Positions 29,712 through 40,959 of a DNA stretch of 58,491 nt are shown here, piece after piece. Under the pieces are notes generated by a model. It was given only the letters and a program-made list of their open reading frames with translations. It was not told where the DNA came from and did no database searches. The position numbers and the translations under genes were made by a program. Source of the stretch: Acidobacteriota bacterium (GTDB lineage: Bacteria > Acidobacteriota > Polarisedimenticolia > Polarisedimenticolales > JAIQFR01); contig JBGQAU010000006.1 in the NCBI GenBank assembly GCA_041494445.1, positions 1-58,491 of the forward strand, in the 5' to 3' direction. Numbering within the stretch: the stretch's first letter is position 1; each line of letters starts with the position of its first letter.

Positions 29712-30989
29712 ATGAAGGTCGAGATGACGGACCTGAGTCCGGTGAAGAAGAGCCTCTCCTTCGAGGTCGGTCCGGACGAGGTGGCGAGGGAGACCGACGA
29801 AGTGGTCCGCCGCCTCGCCGCGCGCGTCCGCGTGCCGGGGTTCCGCGCGGGCAAGGTGCCTCTCGGCGTGGTCCGCACTCGCTTCGCGAAGGAGGTCGAG
29901 GGGGACGTCCGCGAGCGCCTGGTCGCCAAGCTGCACGCCGAGGCCGCCCGGGACAAGGGCTTGAAGCCGCTCGGCGAGCCGGTGCTCGACCATCTCTCGC
30001 ACGACAAGGACGGCCCGCTCACGTTCCGGACCACTTTCGAGGTCGCGCCCCGGATCGAGCTGAAGGGGTACAGGGGGGTGGAGGCACGGGAGCCTTCGGC
30101 CGCGGTGGCCGACGCCGACGTCGAGCGCGCGCTCGGGGACCTCCGCCAGGCGCAGTCCCGCCTCGTCGCGGAGGAAGGACGGGCCGCGACCACCGGGGAC
30201 GTGATCGTCGTGGACGTCGAGGGGCGTCCCGACGACGGGGAGCCGTTCCGGCGCGAGCGCACGCTCATCGAGGTGGGCGCGTCCGACAACCTGCCGGAGT
30301 TCAACGAGCGGATCCACGGGGCCGCGGCGGGCGCCGATCTCGAGTTCCCGGTGGCCTACCCGAAGGAGTACGACAACCCGTCGCTGGCGGGGAAGACCGT
30401 TCGCTACCACCTCAAGATCCACGAGGTCAAGCGCCGCGAGGTCCCCGCGCTCGACGACGACTTCGCGCGCGACCTCGGGGAGTTCGAGGACCTGGCCGCG
30501 CTCCGGAAGCGCGTACGCGAGGATCTCGACGAGCGCAAGCGGCACGAAGCGCAGCTCGCGCTCCGCCAGTCGGTCCTGGACAAGGTCCTGCTGGAGAACC
30601 CGGTGGCCCTCCCGGACGTGCTGGTGGACGAGGAGATCCACCACCGCCTGGAGGACTTCGTGCGCACCCTCATGCTGCAGGGAGTGGACCCGTCGAAGAT
30701 CAAAGTGGACTGGAAGGAGATCCGTGATCGGCAGGAGGCGCCCGCCCGCAAGTCCGTCCACGCCCGGCTCGTCCTGGACGCCGTGGCGCTTAGGGAGTCC
30801 ATCGCGGTCGAGCGGGGGGAGGTCGAGGCCCGCATCGCGAAGGAGGCGGAGCGGATCGGGGAGCCCATGGAGGCGGTCAGGAAGCGGCTCGCGAAGGCGG
30901 GCGGCATCGAAGCCCTTCAAGATCAGCTAGTTAGGGAGAAAACTCTTGACTTCCTGACCTCCGTTGCTAATATTGAACGTGAGGAATGA
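29712..30989 (+). CDS. tig: Trigger factor
   Basis: [10 protein letters not shown] ribosome-binding motif; position upstream of clpP. Confidence 0.95.
   Translation: MKVEMTDLSPVKKSLSFEVGPDEVARETDEVVRRLAARVRVPGFRAGKVPLGVVRTRFAKEVEGDVRERLVAKLHAEAARDKGLKPLGEPVLDHLSHDKDGPLTFRTTFEVAPRIELKGYRGVEAREPSAAVADADVERALGDLRQAQSRLVAEEGRAATTGDVIVVDVEGRPDDGEPFRRERTLIEVGASDNLPEFNERIHGAAAGADLEFPVAYPKEYDNPSLAGKTVRYHLKIHEVKRREVPALDDDFARDLGEFEDLAALRKRVREDLDERKRHEAQLALRQSVLDKVLLENPVALPDVLVDEEIHHRLEDFVRTLMLQGVDPSKIKVDWKEIRDRQEAPARKSVHARLVLDAVALRESIAVERGEVEARIAKEAERIGEPMEAVRKRLAKAGGIEALQDQLVREKTLDFLTSVANIEREE
30946..30973 (+). promoter_or_regulatory. Putative internal promoter for clpP-clpX inside the 3' end of tig
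   Basis: TTGACT-N16-TAATAT with an extended -10 TG, in an AT-enriched patch. Confidence 0.55.
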
Positions 30990-30990
30990 C

Positions 30991-31611
30991 ATGCCTCTCG
31001 TGCCGATGGTCGTGGAGCAGACGAGCCGCGGGGAGCGCGCGTACGACATCTACTCGCGCCTCCTGAAGGACAACATCGTCTTCCTCGGCATGCCCATCGA
31101 CGACATGGTCTCGAACCTCGTGATCGCGCAGCTCCTGTTCCTCGAGGCCGAGGATCCCGACAAGGACATCTCCATCTACATCAACTCCCCGGGGGGCTCG
31201 ATCACCGCCGGCCTCGCGATCTACGACACCATGCAGTTCGTGAAGCCGGACATCAGCACGATCTGCATCGGGCAGGCCTCGAGCATGGGGGCGGTCCTCC
31301 TGGCGGCCGGGACGCCCGGGAAGCGGTTCGCGCTTCCCAACTCCCGGGTGATGATCCACCAGCCCTGGGGCGGCTTCCAGGGGCAGGCATCCGACGTCGA
31401 CATCCAGGCCCGCGAGATCCTCAGGATGCGCGAGCGGCTGAACGAGATCATCGCCGACCACACCCACCAGGCGCTGGACAAGATCGAGAAGGACACGGAC
31501 CGCGACTTCATCATGAGCGCGGAGGAGGCGCTCGGTTACGGGCTGATCGACCAGGTGATCCACCGGCGCGACGCGGCGGGACCGGCCGGGCCGGTCGAGG
31601 CGCGCCGATGA
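30991..31611 (+). CDS. clpP: ATP-dependent Clp protease proteolytic subunit
   Basis: [25 protein letters not shown] and MIHQP. Confidence 0.98.
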   Translation: MPLVPMVVEQTSRGERAYDIYSRLLKDNIVFLGMPIDDMVSNLVIAQLLFLEAEDPDKDISIYINSPGGSITAGLAIYDTMQFVKPDISTICIGQASSMGAVLLAAGTPGKRFALPNSRVMIHQPWGGFQGQASDVDIQAREILRMRERLNEIIADHTHQALDKIEKDTDRDFIMSAEEALGYGLIDQVIHRRDAAGPAGPVEARR

Positions 31612-32849
31612 CGCGCAAGAAGACCGAGGGGGGCGAGGGCCTGAAGTGCTCCTTCTGCAACAAGAGCCAGAGGGACGTACGGAAGCTCATCGCCGGCCCC
31701 ACGGTCTACATCTGCGACGAGTGCGTGGACATCTGCCTCGACATCATCGCAGAGGAGCGGGAGGGCGAGGAGACCGAGGGCAGGATCCGCCTCCCGAAAC
31801 CGGTGGAGATCAAGACGTTCCTCGACGAGTACGTGATCGGCCAGGATCCGGCGAAGAAGCGGCTGGCCGTGGCGGTGTACAACCACTACAAGCGGAACGA
31901 GATCGCCCGCCGCCGCAACGAGGTGGAGATCCAGAAGTCGAACATCCTCCTGATCGGCCCGACCGGCTCCGGGAAGACGCTCCTCGCGCAGACCCTGGCG
32001 CGCCTCCTCTCGGTGCCCTTCGCCCTGGTGGACGCCACGACGCTCACCGAGGCGGGGTACGTCGGCGAGGACGTCGAGAACATCATCCTGAAGCTGCTGC
32101 AGAACGCGGGCAACGACGTCGAGAAGTGCCAGCGCGGGATCATCTACATCGACGAGGTCGACAAGATCGCCCGGAAGGGGGAGAACCCCTCCATCACCCG
32201 CGACGTCTCCGGCGAGGGGGTCCAGCAGGCGCTCCTGAAGATCCTGGAGGGGACCGTCGCCAACGTGCCCCCGCAGGGGGGGCGGAAGCATCCCCACCAG
32301 GAGTTCGTCCCGGTGGACACCACGAACATCCTGTTCATCTGCGGCGGGGCGTTCGTCGGGCTCGAGGCGATCGTCGAGCAGCGGACCGGCCGGAAGACCA
32401 TGGGGTTCAAGGCGGACGTCAAGGCGCGCCGCGAGAAGAACCTCCAGGAGATCCTCGGCCAGGTGCAGCCCCTCGACCTCATCAAGTTCGGGATGATCCC
32501 GGAGTTCGTCGGCCGCCTCCCGGTGATCGCGGTGCTGGACGAGCTGGACTCGGGAGCCCTGGTCAAGATCCTCACGGAGCCTCGCAACGCGTTGGTCAAA
32601 CAGTACCAGAAGATCTTCGAGTATGAGGGCGCCAGCCTCCGCTTCACCGACGACGCCCTCGAAGTCGTGGCGCGGCTGGCGATCGAGCGGAAGATCGGCG
32701 CCCGGGGGTTGCGAATGATCGTCGAGGAGCTGATGCTCGACATGATGTTCGCGCTCCCGTCCCAGACGGGCGTGAAGGAGGTCGTGGTCACGAAGGACGT
32801 CGTCCTCAAGAAGAGCAGCCCGCTCGTCGTGATGGAGAAGGTCGGCTAG
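31608..32849 (+). CDS. clpX: Clp protease ATP-binding subunit ClpX
   Basis: C4 zinc finger CSFC...[12 protein letters not shown] and [10 protein letters not shown]. Confidence 0.98.
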   Translation: MTRKKTEGGEGLKCSFCNKSQRDVRKLIAGPTVYICDECVDICLDIIAEEREGEETEGRIRLPKPVEIKTFLDEYVIGQDPAKKRLAVAVYNHYKRNEIARRRNEVEIQKSNILLIGPTGSGKTLLAQTLARLLSVPFALVDATTLTEAGYVGEDVENIILKLLQNAGNDVEKCQRGIIYIDEVDKIARKGENPSITRDVSGEGVQQALLKILEGTVANVPPQGGRKHPHQEFVPVDTTNILFICGGAFVGLEAIVEQRTGRKTMGFKADVKARREKNLQEILGQVQPLDLIKFGMIPEFVGRLPVIAVLDELDSGALVKILTEPRNALVKQYQKIFEYEGASLRFTDDALEVVARLAIERKIGARGLRMIVEELMLDMMFALPSQTGVKEVVVTKDVVLKKSSPLVVMEKVG

Positions 32850-32901
32850 ACCGGCTCCCGACCGCCCGTCGACTCGGAATCACCCAGGACAGGAGGACCG
32901 G

Positions 32902-35334
32902 ATGGACGAACGCGCCTCGCGTTCCGCCGACAGCGTGACCAGCCTTCCCATGGTCCCCCTTCGGGACATCGTGGTGTTTCCCCACACCATGGTCCCGTTC
33001 GTCGTGGGACGCCGGGCCTCGCTCCTGGCGGTGGAGAACGCGCTCTCCGGCGACAAGCGCCTCTTCCTCGCCACGCAGCGGAGCGCCAAGGTGGACCAGC
33101 CGTTGCCCGACGAGATCAACTCGGTCGGCACCGTCGCCTCGATCGTTCAGCACCTCAAGCTCCCGAACGGCAACGTCAAGCTGCTGGTCGAGGGGATGCA
33201 TCGCGCCCGCGTCCTCGAGATCGAGGAGGCGCCGGAGGGCTTCTTCCGCACCGTCCTGAAGCCGATCGACCGGCAGGTCGAGATCACCGCCGAGCTGCAA
33301 GAGACAATGAACCGCGTCTCGACCCTCTTCGAGCGGTACATCAAGTACTCTCCGGGGCTCCCGTACGAGACGCTGCTGTCCACGGTGCGCATCGGCGATC
33401 CCGGCCGGCTCGCCGACACGGTGGCGGCCCATCTGCCCGTCGGCATCGAGGAAAAGCAGGGGCTCCTCGAGACGATCGCCCCGATGGAACGGCTGGAGCA
33501 GGTGGCCCATCTCCTGGATGTCGAGATCGAGAAGCTCCGGGTGGACAAGAAGATCAACACCCGCGTCAAGAAGCAGATGGAGAAGGCCCAGAAGGAGTAC
33601 TACCTCAACGAGAAGATCAAGGCGATCCAGCAGGAGCTGGGCCGGAAGGACGATCGCGTCAACGAGATCGAGGAGTTCCGCCAGAAGATCGAGGCCGCCG
33701 GGATGCCCCCCGAGGGGAAGGAGAAGGCGCTCCAGGAGCTGAAGCGCCTCGAGGTCATGCCGCCGGTCTCGGCCGAGGCGACGGTGTCCCGCAACTACCT
33801 CGAGTGGCTCTTGGCCCTCCCGTGGAGCAAGAAGTCCCGCGAGTTGACCGACATCAAGCGGGCCGAGCGGATCCTGAACGAGGACCATCACGGGCTCGAG
33901 AAGATCAAGGAGCGAATCCTGGAGTTCCTGGCGGTCCGCCGCCTGGTGCGGAACCGGAACACGAAGGGGTCCATCCTCTGCTTCGTCGGCCCGCCCGGGG
34001 TGGGGAAGACCTCGCTCGCCAAGTCCGTCGCGCGCGCCACGGGGCGGAAATTCGTCCGGCTGTCCCTGGGCGGCGTCCGCGACGAGGCGGAGATCAGGGG
34101 CCACCGCCGCACCTACATCGGCGCGTTTCCCGGGCAGATCATCCAGATGATGCGCAAGGCGGGGACGAAGAACCCGGTGTTCCTCCTGGACGAGGTGGAC
34201 AAGATGGCCGCGGACTTCCGCGGCGATCCGTCGGCGGCCCTCCTTGAGGTCCTCGACCCCGAGCAGAACCACTCGTTCCTCGACCACTACGTGGACACCG
34301 AGTTCGACCTGTCCGAGGTGATGTTCATCGCGACGGCGAACGTGATCCACACGATCCCGCCGGCCCTGAGGGACCGGACCGAGACGATCCGGATCGCGGG
34401 CTACACGCTCAACGAGAAGCTGGCCATCGCGCAGAAGTACCTGGTGCCGAAGCAGATCAAGGCGAACGGCCTGAAGCGGGCCAAGCTGTTGTTCGAGGAC
34501 GCCGCGATCATGGAGATCACCGAGCGGTACACGCGCGAGGCCGGCGTGAGGAATCTCGAGCGCGAGATCGCCTCCATCTGCCGGAAGATCGCCCGGAAGG
34601 TGGTGTCGAACGAGTACGAGGCGCAGGCGCCGCTCAACGCGGCAAAGGTCGTCGAGCTCCTGGGCGTGCCGCGGTACCACCCTCAGAGGGAGGACCGCCA
34701 GTCGCCCGAGGTCGGGGTGGCCACCGGCCTCGCTTGGACCGAGGTGGGGGGCGAGATCCTGACCACCGAAGCGACGCTGATGAGAGGGCGGGGGAAGTTG
34801 ACCTTGACCGGTCAGCTCGGAGAGGTGATGCAGGAGTCGGCGCAGGCCGCGCTCTCTTGGATCAGGAGCCGCTCCGACATCCTCGGGATCGACCCGCAGT
34901 TCTACCGGAAGTACGATCTGCACGTGCACGTTCCCGAGGGGGCGATCCCGAAGGACGGCCCCTCGGCCGGGATCACCATGGCGGTCGCGCTCACGTCCCT
35001 GCTCTCCGGGATCCCGGTGCGGAAGGACGTGGCGATGACCGGCGAGATCACGCTCCGGGGGAAGGTCCTGCCGATCGGCGGGCTCAAGGAGAAGGTCCTC
35101 GCGGCCTACCGGTTCGGCGCGACCACCGTGATCCTCCCCCGCGACAACGAGAAGGACCTGGCGGAGATTCCCGACGACGTCTCGAAACATCTCCAATACT
35201 GCCTTGTCGAGAGCATGGACGAGGTTCTCGAAATCGCGCTCACCGGGCAGCTGCCCTCCACCACGCAGATCCGCGGATCCGACGGGGCGGAGACGGACGG
35301 GGAGCGGCCGGAAAACGGTTCCGTGACCCATTGA
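32902..35334 (+). CDS. lon: Lon protease
   Basis: [22 protein letters not shown] and the catalytic PKDGPSAG motif. Confidence 0.98.
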   Translation: MDERASRSADSVTSLPMVPLRDIVVFPHTMVPFVVGRRASLLAVENALSGDKRLFLATQRSAKVDQPLPDEINSVGTVASIVQHLKLPNGNVKLLVEGMHRARVLEIEEAPEGFFRTVLKPIDRQVEITAELQETMNRVSTLFERYIKYSPGLPYETLLSTVRIGDPGRLADTVAAHLPVGIEEKQGLLETIAPMERLEQVAHLLDVEIEKLRVDKKINTRVKKQMEKAQKEYYLNEKIKAIQQELGRKDDRVNEIEEFRQKIEAAGMPPEGKEKALQELKRLEVMPPVSAEATVSRNYLEWLLALPWSKKSRELTDIKRAERILNEDHHGLEKIKERILEFLAVRRLVRNRNTKGSILCFVGPPGVGKTSLAKSVARATGRKFVRLSLGGVRDEAEIRGHRRTYIGAFPGQIIQMMRKAGTKNPVFLLDEVDKMAADFRGDPSAALLEVLDPEQNHSFLDHYVDTEFDLSEVMFIATANVIHTIPPALRDRTETIRIAGYTLNEKLAIAQKYLVPKQIKANGLKRAKLLFEDAAIMEITERYTREAGVRNLEREIASICRKIARKVVSNEYEAQAPLNAAKVVELLGVPRYHPQREDRQSPEVGVATGLAWTEVGGEILTTEATLMRGRGKLTLTGQLGEVMQESAQAALSWIRSRSDILGIDPQFYRKYDLHVHVPEGAIPKDGPSAGITMAVALTSLLSGIPVRKDVAMTGEITLRGKVLPIGGLKEKVLAAYRFGATTVILPRDNEKDLAEIPDDVSKHLQYCLVESMDEVLEIALTGQLPSTTQIRGSDGAETDGERPENGSVTH

Positions 35335-35398
35335 CCGCCGGCATGCGCCATCGAGGCTTCGCTCGCGTCCGCCGCCGAAGGGTACGACCACATCGCCG

Positions 35399-36037
35399 GT
35401 GAAGATCGTTTCGTGTCGATTCGAGCGTGCCGCCTACCGGGCCGAGGACGAGCCCCGGGCCGAGGGGTCGTACGTCGCGTTCCTCGGGCGGTCGAACGTG
35501 GGGAAGTCCTCGCTGATCAACCGGCTGCTGGGCGTCGCCGACCTGGCCCGGACCTCCTCGACGCCGGGGCGCACGCAGAGCGTGAACTTCTACCGGATCA
35601 ACGAAGCGTTCTGGTTCGTGGATCTTCCCGGTTACGGATTCGCGAAGGTTCCGGCGGAGGTAAGGAGGTCCTGGCGGCCGATGGCGGAGGGGTTCCTGGA
35701 GCGTTGCGGCGGGAGGATCGCGACCGCGATCCTGGTCGTGGACGCCCGGCAAGGGGCCACCGACCTGGACCTGACGATGAGGGACTGGCTCGTCGGCGCC
35801 GGGGTGAGGTACCTCGCCGCGGCGACGAAGGCGGACAAGCTGTCGGGCAACGGGCGCGCTGCCGCCGAGCGTGGGCTTCGCGAGGCGCTCGGGGCCTCGC
35901 CGGCGGGAGCCGCGCCGCTCCTGGTCTCGGCGAGGACCGGCCTCGGGCTCCGCGCAATATGGTCGCATCTCGACCAGGCGCTCGATGCGGGGGCGCCGAC
36001 GAAGGGCAAGGGTAGGGCATGGACATCCGAGAGCTGA
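35399..36037 (+). CDS. engB: Ribosome biogenesis GTPase YihA/YsxC
   Basis: [20 protein letters not shown] and TKADK. Confidence 0.95.
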   Translation: MKIVSCRFERAAYRAEDEPRAEGSYVAFLGRSNVGKSSLINRLLGVADLARTSSTPGRTQSVNFYRINEAFWFVDLPGYGFAKVPAEVRRSWRPMAEGFLERCGGRIATAILVVDARQGATDLDLTMRDWLVGAGVRYLAAATKADKLSGNGRAAAERGLREALGASPAGAAPLLVSARTGLGLRAIWSHLDQALDAGAPTKGKGRAWTSES

Positions 36038-37263
36038 AGTCGATGGAGGCGTCGCAGCTGGTGAAGCTGGCGGCGAGCCTGGCCGTGCCGGGGGCCGGGG
36101 GCCTGCGCCGGCAGGACCTGGTCTTCCGGATCCTGCAATCCGAGGCGGCCAGGAACGGCTCGATCCGCGCCGAGGAGGTCCTGGAGAAGCTCCAGGACGG
36201 CTACGGCTTCCTGCGGGCGCAGGAGGCGAGCTACCTGCCCGGCCCGGACGACGTCTACGTATCGCCGGCGCAGATCCGGAGGTTCGGGCTGTTGACCGGC
36301 GACTCGATCGTCGGCGAGATCAGGTCCCCGAGGCCCGGCGAGCGCTACTTCGCGCTGGCCAAGGTCGACTCGGTCAACGGCGCGGCGCCCGAGGAGCTTG
36401 AGCGGCGCATCCCGTTCGACAACCTGACCCCGCTCTACCCGCAGGACCGGCTCCGGGTCGAGCTTCCGGGGCAAGACGTCTCGGGCCGCGTCCTGGATCT
36501 CATGGTCCCCCTGGGCAAGGGGCAGCGGGGGCTCATCGTGTCCCCGCCGCGGACCGGCAAGACGATGATGCTCCAAGCGATCGCGCACGCTATCACCCGG
36601 AACCACCCGGACGCCTGCCTGATCGTCCTGCTGATCGACGAGCGGCCGGAGGAAGTGACCGACATGCGGCGATCGGTCCAGGGGGATGTGATCTCCTCGA
36701 CCTTCGACGAGCCCGCGACGCGGCACGTTCAGGTGGCGGAGATGGTCATGGAAAAGGCCAAGCGGCTCGTCGAGAGCCGCCACGACGTGGTCCTCCTCCT
36801 CGACTCGGTCACGCGGCTCGCGCGGGCCTACAACGCGGTCCAGCCGACCTCGGGGAGGGTCATGTCGGGAGGCCTCGACGCCAACGCGCTCCAGAAGCCG
36901 AAGCGGTTCTTCGGCGCGGCGCGGAACGTGGAGGAGGGCGGCTCGCTGACCATCATCGCCACGGCGCTGATCGATACCGGCTCCCGGATGGACGACGTGA
37001 TCTTCGAGGAGTTCAAGGGAACCGGGAACATGGAGATCAACCTCGACCGGAAGCTGGCCGACCGCCGGGTGTTCCCCGCGGTGGACCTGATGCGGTCGGG
37101 GACCCGGAAGGAGGAGCTGCTCCTGGCCAAGAAGGATCTCGACCGGACCTGGGTCCTGAGGAAGGTCCTCCAGCAGATGTCGCCGGTCGAGGCGATGGAG
37201 CTGCTCCGCGAGAAGCTCCTCAAGACGCAGACGAACGAGGAGTTCCTGAACAGCATGGCGTAG
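36019..37263 (+). CDS. rho: Transcription termination factor Rho (canonical)
   Basis: N-terminal helical domain MDIRELK...[21 protein letters not shown] and SPPRTGKT; rho-rpmE-prfA synteny. Confidence 0.97.
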   Translation: MDIRELKSMEASQLVKLAASLAVPGAGGLRRQDLVFRILQSEAARNGSIRAEEVLEKLQDGYGFLRAQEASYLPGPDDVYVSPAQIRRFGLLTGDSIVGEIRSPRPGERYFALAKVDSVNGAAPEELERRIPFDNLTPLYPQDRLRVELPGQDVSGRVLDLMVPLGKGQRGLIVSPPRTGKTMMLQAIAHAITRNHPDACLIVLLIDERPEEVTDMRRSVQGDVISSTFDEPATRHVQVAEMVMEKAKRLVESRHDVVLLLDSVTRLARAYNAVQPTSGRVMSGGLDANALQKPKRFFGAARNVEEGGSLTIIATALIDTGSRMDDVIFEEFKGTGNMEINLDRKLADRRVFPAVDLMRSGTRKEELLLAKKDLDRTWVLRKVLQQMSPVEAMELLREKLLKTQTNEEFLNSMA

Positions 37264-37283
37264 GGGGTATTCGCGCCCGGGCG

Positions 37284-37312
37284 TTGCGCGATCGGGAGAA
37301 CTTCCCTATAAT
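37284..37312 (+). promoter_or_regulatory. Sigma70 promoter for rpmE-prfA
   Basis: TTGCGC-N17-TATAAT. Confidence 0.7.
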
Positions 37313-37343
37313 TCAGCGTTTTGGGAGCGGAAGGGAGCGCGAC

Positions 37344-37562
37344 ATGAGGGAGAAGATCCATCCCGTGTACCACGAGATCCAGGTGGTCTGCGCCTGCGGC
37401 AGCTCCTTCCCGACCCGCTCGACGAGGAAGGATCTCAGGGTCGAGATCTGCTCCGCCTGCCACCCGTTCTTCACCGGGAAACAGAAGTTGCTGGACACCG
37501 CGGGCCGCATCGAGCGGTTCGAGAAGCGCTACAAGAAGCAGGGCGCCGAGACCGCCAGCTGA
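37344..37562 (+). CDS. rpmE: 50S ribosomal protein L31 (Zn-binding type)
   Basis: [13 protein letters not shown] and [10 protein letters not shown]. Confidence 0.96.
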   Translation: MREKIHPVYHEIQVVCACGSSFPTRSTRKDLRVEICSACHPFFTGKQKLLDTAGRIERFEKRYKKQGAETAS

Positions 37563-37605
37563 GGGGAGGCGCCTCCCCGGCGCTGGTCCCACCGGAATCC
37601 AAGCC

Positions 37606-38703
37606 ATGGCGGGAGCCCTCGACCCCAAGCTGGAGAACAGGCTCCACGTCCTGGAGGCCAGATACCAGGAGATGAGCCGGGGTCTCGCCGATCCCGAGGT
37701 CGTGGGCGACGTCGCCCGCTACCGGGCCGCGAGCAAGCAGTTCGCCGACCTGAAGCCGGTCGTGGACGCCTTCGAGTCGTACCGCAAGGCGTTCGCCGAC
37801 CTCGCCGGCGCGCGCGAGCTCTTCGCCTCGAGCGTCGACCCCGAGCTCAGGGTGATGGCCGGCGACGAGATCAAGGCGCTCGAGGCGCGGATCGACGACC
37901 TCGAGCGGCAGATCACGATCCTCCTCCTCCCGAGCGACCCCAACGACGCGAAAAACGTCGTTCTCGAGATCCGGGCCGGGACCGGCGGCGACGAGGCGAC
38001 GCTGTTCGCCGCCGAGATCTTCCGGATGTACACCCGTTACGCCGAGTCCAGGAGCTGGAAGGTGCAGACCACCGACCTGTCCCTCAGCCCGGTCGGCGGC
38101 ATCAAGGAGGTCATCGCCCTCGTCGAGGGGGAGCGCGTGTACAGCCGGCTCAAGTTCGAGAGCGGCGTGCACCGCGTCCAGCGGGTCCCGGCCACCGAGT
38201 CCCAGGGGAGGATCCACACCTCCGCGGTCACGGTCGCGGTGCTCCCCGAGGCGGACGAGGTGGAGGTCCGCATCGACGAGAAGGAGCTTAGGATCGACAC
38301 CTTCTGCTCCTCGGGGCCCGGGGGGCAGAGCGTCAACACCACGTACTCCGCCGTGCGGATCACGCATCTGCCGACCAACACCGTGGTCCAGTGCCAGGAC
38401 GAGAAGTCGTGGCACAAGAACAAGTCGAGGGCGCTGCAAGTGCTGAGGTCGCGCCTGTTCGACATGAAGCGCCGCGAGCAGCACGAGGCGATCGCGAAGG
38501 AGCGGCGGGGAATGATCGGCTCGGGCGACCGGAGCGAGAAGATAAGGACGTACAACTTCCCCCAGAGCCGCGTCACCGACCACAGGATCGGCCTCACCGT
38601 GCACAACCTCCAGGACGTCATGAACGGGAACATCACCGCGATCGTCGAGGCCCTCTCCTCCCACGACCAGGCGGAGCGCCTCCGCGAGGAGGTCTCGGCC
38701 TGA
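37606..38703 (+). CDS. prfA: Peptide chain release factor 1
   Basis: [12 protein letters not shown] (PxT motif), GGQ and RTYNFPQ. Confidence 0.97.
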   Translation: MAGALDPKLENRLHVLEARYQEMSRGLADPEVVGDVARYRAASKQFADLKPVVDAFESYRKAFADLAGARELFASSVDPELRVMAGDEIKALEARIDDLERQITILLLPSDPNDAKNVVLEIRAGTGGDEATLFAAEIFRMYTRYAESRSWKVQTTDLSLSPVGGIKEVIALVEGERVYSRLKFESGVHRVQRVPATESQGRIHTSAVTVAVLPEADEVEVRIDEKELRIDTFCSSGPGGQSVNTTYSAVRITHLPTNTVVQCQDEKSWHKNKSRALQVLRSRLFDMKRREQHEAIAKERRGMIGSGDRSEKIRTYNFPQSRVTDHRIGLTVHNLQDVMNGNITAIVEALSSHDQAERLREEVSA

Positions 38704-39602
38704 GACCTCCCGCGGGCCGCCCGACGATCGGCGAGGCGGTGGATGCCGCCGCGCGGCGCCTCGAGCGCGCCGCGGTCCCCGAACCCCGGCGCGAGGCCGA
38801 GCTCGTCATGGGCCATCTCCTGGCCAAGGACCGCGGAGGCGTCGTTGCCCGGCGCCCCGACGCCATCGACGAGTCGCTCGCCGCCCGCTTCGAGGATCTC
38901 GTGGCGCGGCGCGAGAGGCGCGAGCCTCTCCAGTACCTGACGGGCGAGCAGGAATTCATGGGGCTCCCGTTCCGCGTCGACTGCCGCGTCCTGGTGCCGC
39001 GGCCGGAGACCGAGGGCGTCGTCGAGGCGGCGCTCGGCCTCGGACTGGCGAAGGGGGCGCGCGTCGCGGACCTCGGAACGGGGAGCGGCTGCATCGCGGT
39101 CGCGCTGGCGGTGGCGCGGCCGGACCTACGCCTCCACGCCCTCGACGTCTCGAGGGACGCGATCGAGGTGGCCCGATGGAACGCGGAGCGCCACGGGGCG
39201 GAGGGACGGATCGCCTTCGTCCTCGCCGATCTCGCCGACCCGCCGGCCGAGTGGGTCGGGAGGATGGACGCGGTGCTGTCGAATCCTCCCTACGTCGCCG
39301 AGGAAGAGTGGGCCGGCCTATCGCCCGAGGTGAGGGACTACGAACCGAGGGTCGCCCTCGTGCCGGGGCCGACCGGACTCGAGGCGTACCTGCGCGTGGC
39401 GGAGTCGGCGCTTCGCCTGCTCCGTCCCGGGGGACACTTGGTGGTCGAGCTGGGATTCAAGCGGGAGACCGGGGCTCGCGACGCTGCGGCGCGCGCCGGG
39501 TTGACGGATCTCGAGGTGCTCCCGGACCTCCGAGGGATCCCGCGGGTGCTGGTGGCGAGAAAGGCGTTGGGTACAACTGGCGCGCGCGAAGTGCTAGCAT
39601 GA
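38700..39602 (+). CDS. prmC: Release factor glutamine methyltransferase
   Basis: REPLQY, VPRPETE, DLGTGSG and SNPPY; start is CTG 38700 or GTG 38739. Confidence 0.93.
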   Translation: MRPPAGRPTIGEAVDAAARRLERAAVPEPRREAELVMGHLLAKDRGGVVARRPDAIDESLAARFEDLVARRERREPLQYLTGEQEFMGLPFRVDCRVLVPRPETEGVVEAALGLGLAKGARVADLGTGSGCIAVALAVARPDLRLHALDVSRDAIEVARWNAERHGAEGRIAFVLADLADPPAEWVGRMDAVLSNPPYVAEEEWAGLSPEVRDYEPRVALVPGPTGLEAYLRVAESALRLLRPGGHLVVELGFKRETGARDAAARAGLTDLEVLPDLRGIPRVLVARKALGTTGAREVLA

Positions 39603-40642
39603 GCACTCCCATGAGTCTGCTAGAGAGCATCCTCGAGAAAGCCAAGGCCGCCCCGCAGCGCATCGCGTTCCCCGAGAGCACCGAGCCGCGCACGCTCCGA
39701 GCGGCCGCACGCCTGAACCGGGACGGGATCGTGATGCCGATCCTGGTCGGCTCGCGCGACGCGACGCTCGCGGCCGCGCGGAAGCACGGCGCGGAGCTCG
39801 GAGAGATCCCGATCGCGGATCCGGCGGTCCATCCCGGGCGCGCGCGGTACGCGGACATGGTCGAGGACCTGCTCCGCTCGAAGGGGACGCCGCGGGCGGA
39901 AATCGAGAGGATGCTCGACGATCCGATGTACTACGCCGCAGCCATGGTGCGGGCCGGGGACGCCGACGGATCCGTGGGCGGCGCCGAGCACACCACGGCG
40001 GACACCCTCCGCGCCGCCCTTAGGGTCATTCGCCCGGCGCCGGACGCGAAGATCGTGTCGTCGTTTTTCCTGATGGTGCTGTCGGCGCCGACCGCCGCCG
40101 GCGACGACGTCCTCGCGTTCGCCGACTGCGCCCTGGTGCCGTATCCGGACCCGGCGCAGCTTGCCGACATCGCGCTCCAGACCGCCAGGAATTTCCGCAA
40201 GCTCGCCGAGCGCGAGCCGCGGGTCGCGCTCCTGTCGTTCTCGACGATGGGCAGCGCGGAGCACGAGGCCGTGGACAAGGTGGTGCAAGCCCGGGACATC
40301 CTGAGATCGATGGATCCCGGCTTTCCGGCGGACGGGGAGATGCAGCTCGATGCGGCCATCGTGCCCAAGGTCGGCGCGTCGAAGGCACCGGGGAGCGAGG
40401 TGGCGGGAAGGGCGAACGTGCTGATCTTCCCGAACCTCGATGCGGGAAACATCGGCTACAAGCTCGCGCAGAGGCTCGGAGGTGCTCAGGCGATCGGCCC
40501 GATCCTCCAGGGCTTGAGCCGCCCCGCCAACGACCTCTCGCGGGGCTGCTCCGAGGGCGACATCGTCCTGACCGCGGCCGTGACCGCCCTTCAGGCGGCG
40601 GGATCGCGCTCCACGCGGGACCTCAGGGAGGGACGACCATGA
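39599..40642 (+). CDS. pta: Phosphate acetyltransferase (short form)
   Basis: [33 protein letters not shown] and [12 protein letters not shown]. Confidence 0.93.
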   Translation: MSTPMSLLESILEKAKAAPQRIAFPESTEPRTLRAAARLNRDGIVMPILVGSRDATLAAARKHGAELGEIPIADPAVHPGRARYADMVEDLLRSKGTPRAEIERMLDDPMYYAAAMVRAGDADGSVGGAEHTTADTLRAALRVIRPAPDAKIVSSFFLMVLSAPTAAGDDVLAFADCALVPYPDPAQLADIALQTARNFRKLAEREPRVALLSFSTMGSAEHEAVDKVVQARDILRSMDPGFPADGEMQLDAAIVPKVGASKAPGSEVAGRANVLIFPNLDAGNIGYKLAQRLGGAQAIGPILQGLSRPANDLSRGCSEGDIVLTAAVTALQAAGSRSTRDLREGRP

Positions 40643-40959
40643 ATGGCCCGCTGCACGGAGGGGGGAAGCCCTGGCGCCGGCGAGACGCGGGGGGCGGAGG
40701 CGGGCGGCCTCCGCACGGTCCTCAAGTCCACCAGGGGCACCGGATGCCCCCGAGCGATTCCACCGGCTCCGAAGCGGGCTACCTGCTCAAGAACAAGGAA
40801 GGGCGCACCCCGATGGTGGTGCGCCTCCTCGACGGCGAGGAGGTCCGGGGCGTCATCGAGTACTACGACCGGGACATGATCAAGATCAACCGGACCGACG
40901 GGCCGAACCTGTTCATCCGGAAGCGGCACATCCGATACATGCACGAGGACGGCGGCTAG
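40639..40959 (+). CDS. Hfq-like Sm/LSm-fold RNA-binding protein
   Basis: Helix followed by Sm1-like [20 protein letters not shown] and Sm2-like LFIRKRHI; GGAGG RBS. Confidence 0.75.
   Translation: MNGPLHGGGKPWRRRDAGGGGGRPPHGPQVHQGHRMPPSDSTGSEAGYLLKNKEGRTPMVVRLLDGEEVRGVIEYYDRDMIKINRTDGPNLFIRKRHIRYMHEDGG

Noticed and set aside
32806-35391. 861-aa minus-strand ORF, and similar long ORFs opposite wzc, metG, purH and the kinase
   Set aside because: These are shadow ORFs antisense to well-conserved genes, as expected from high-GC codon bias.
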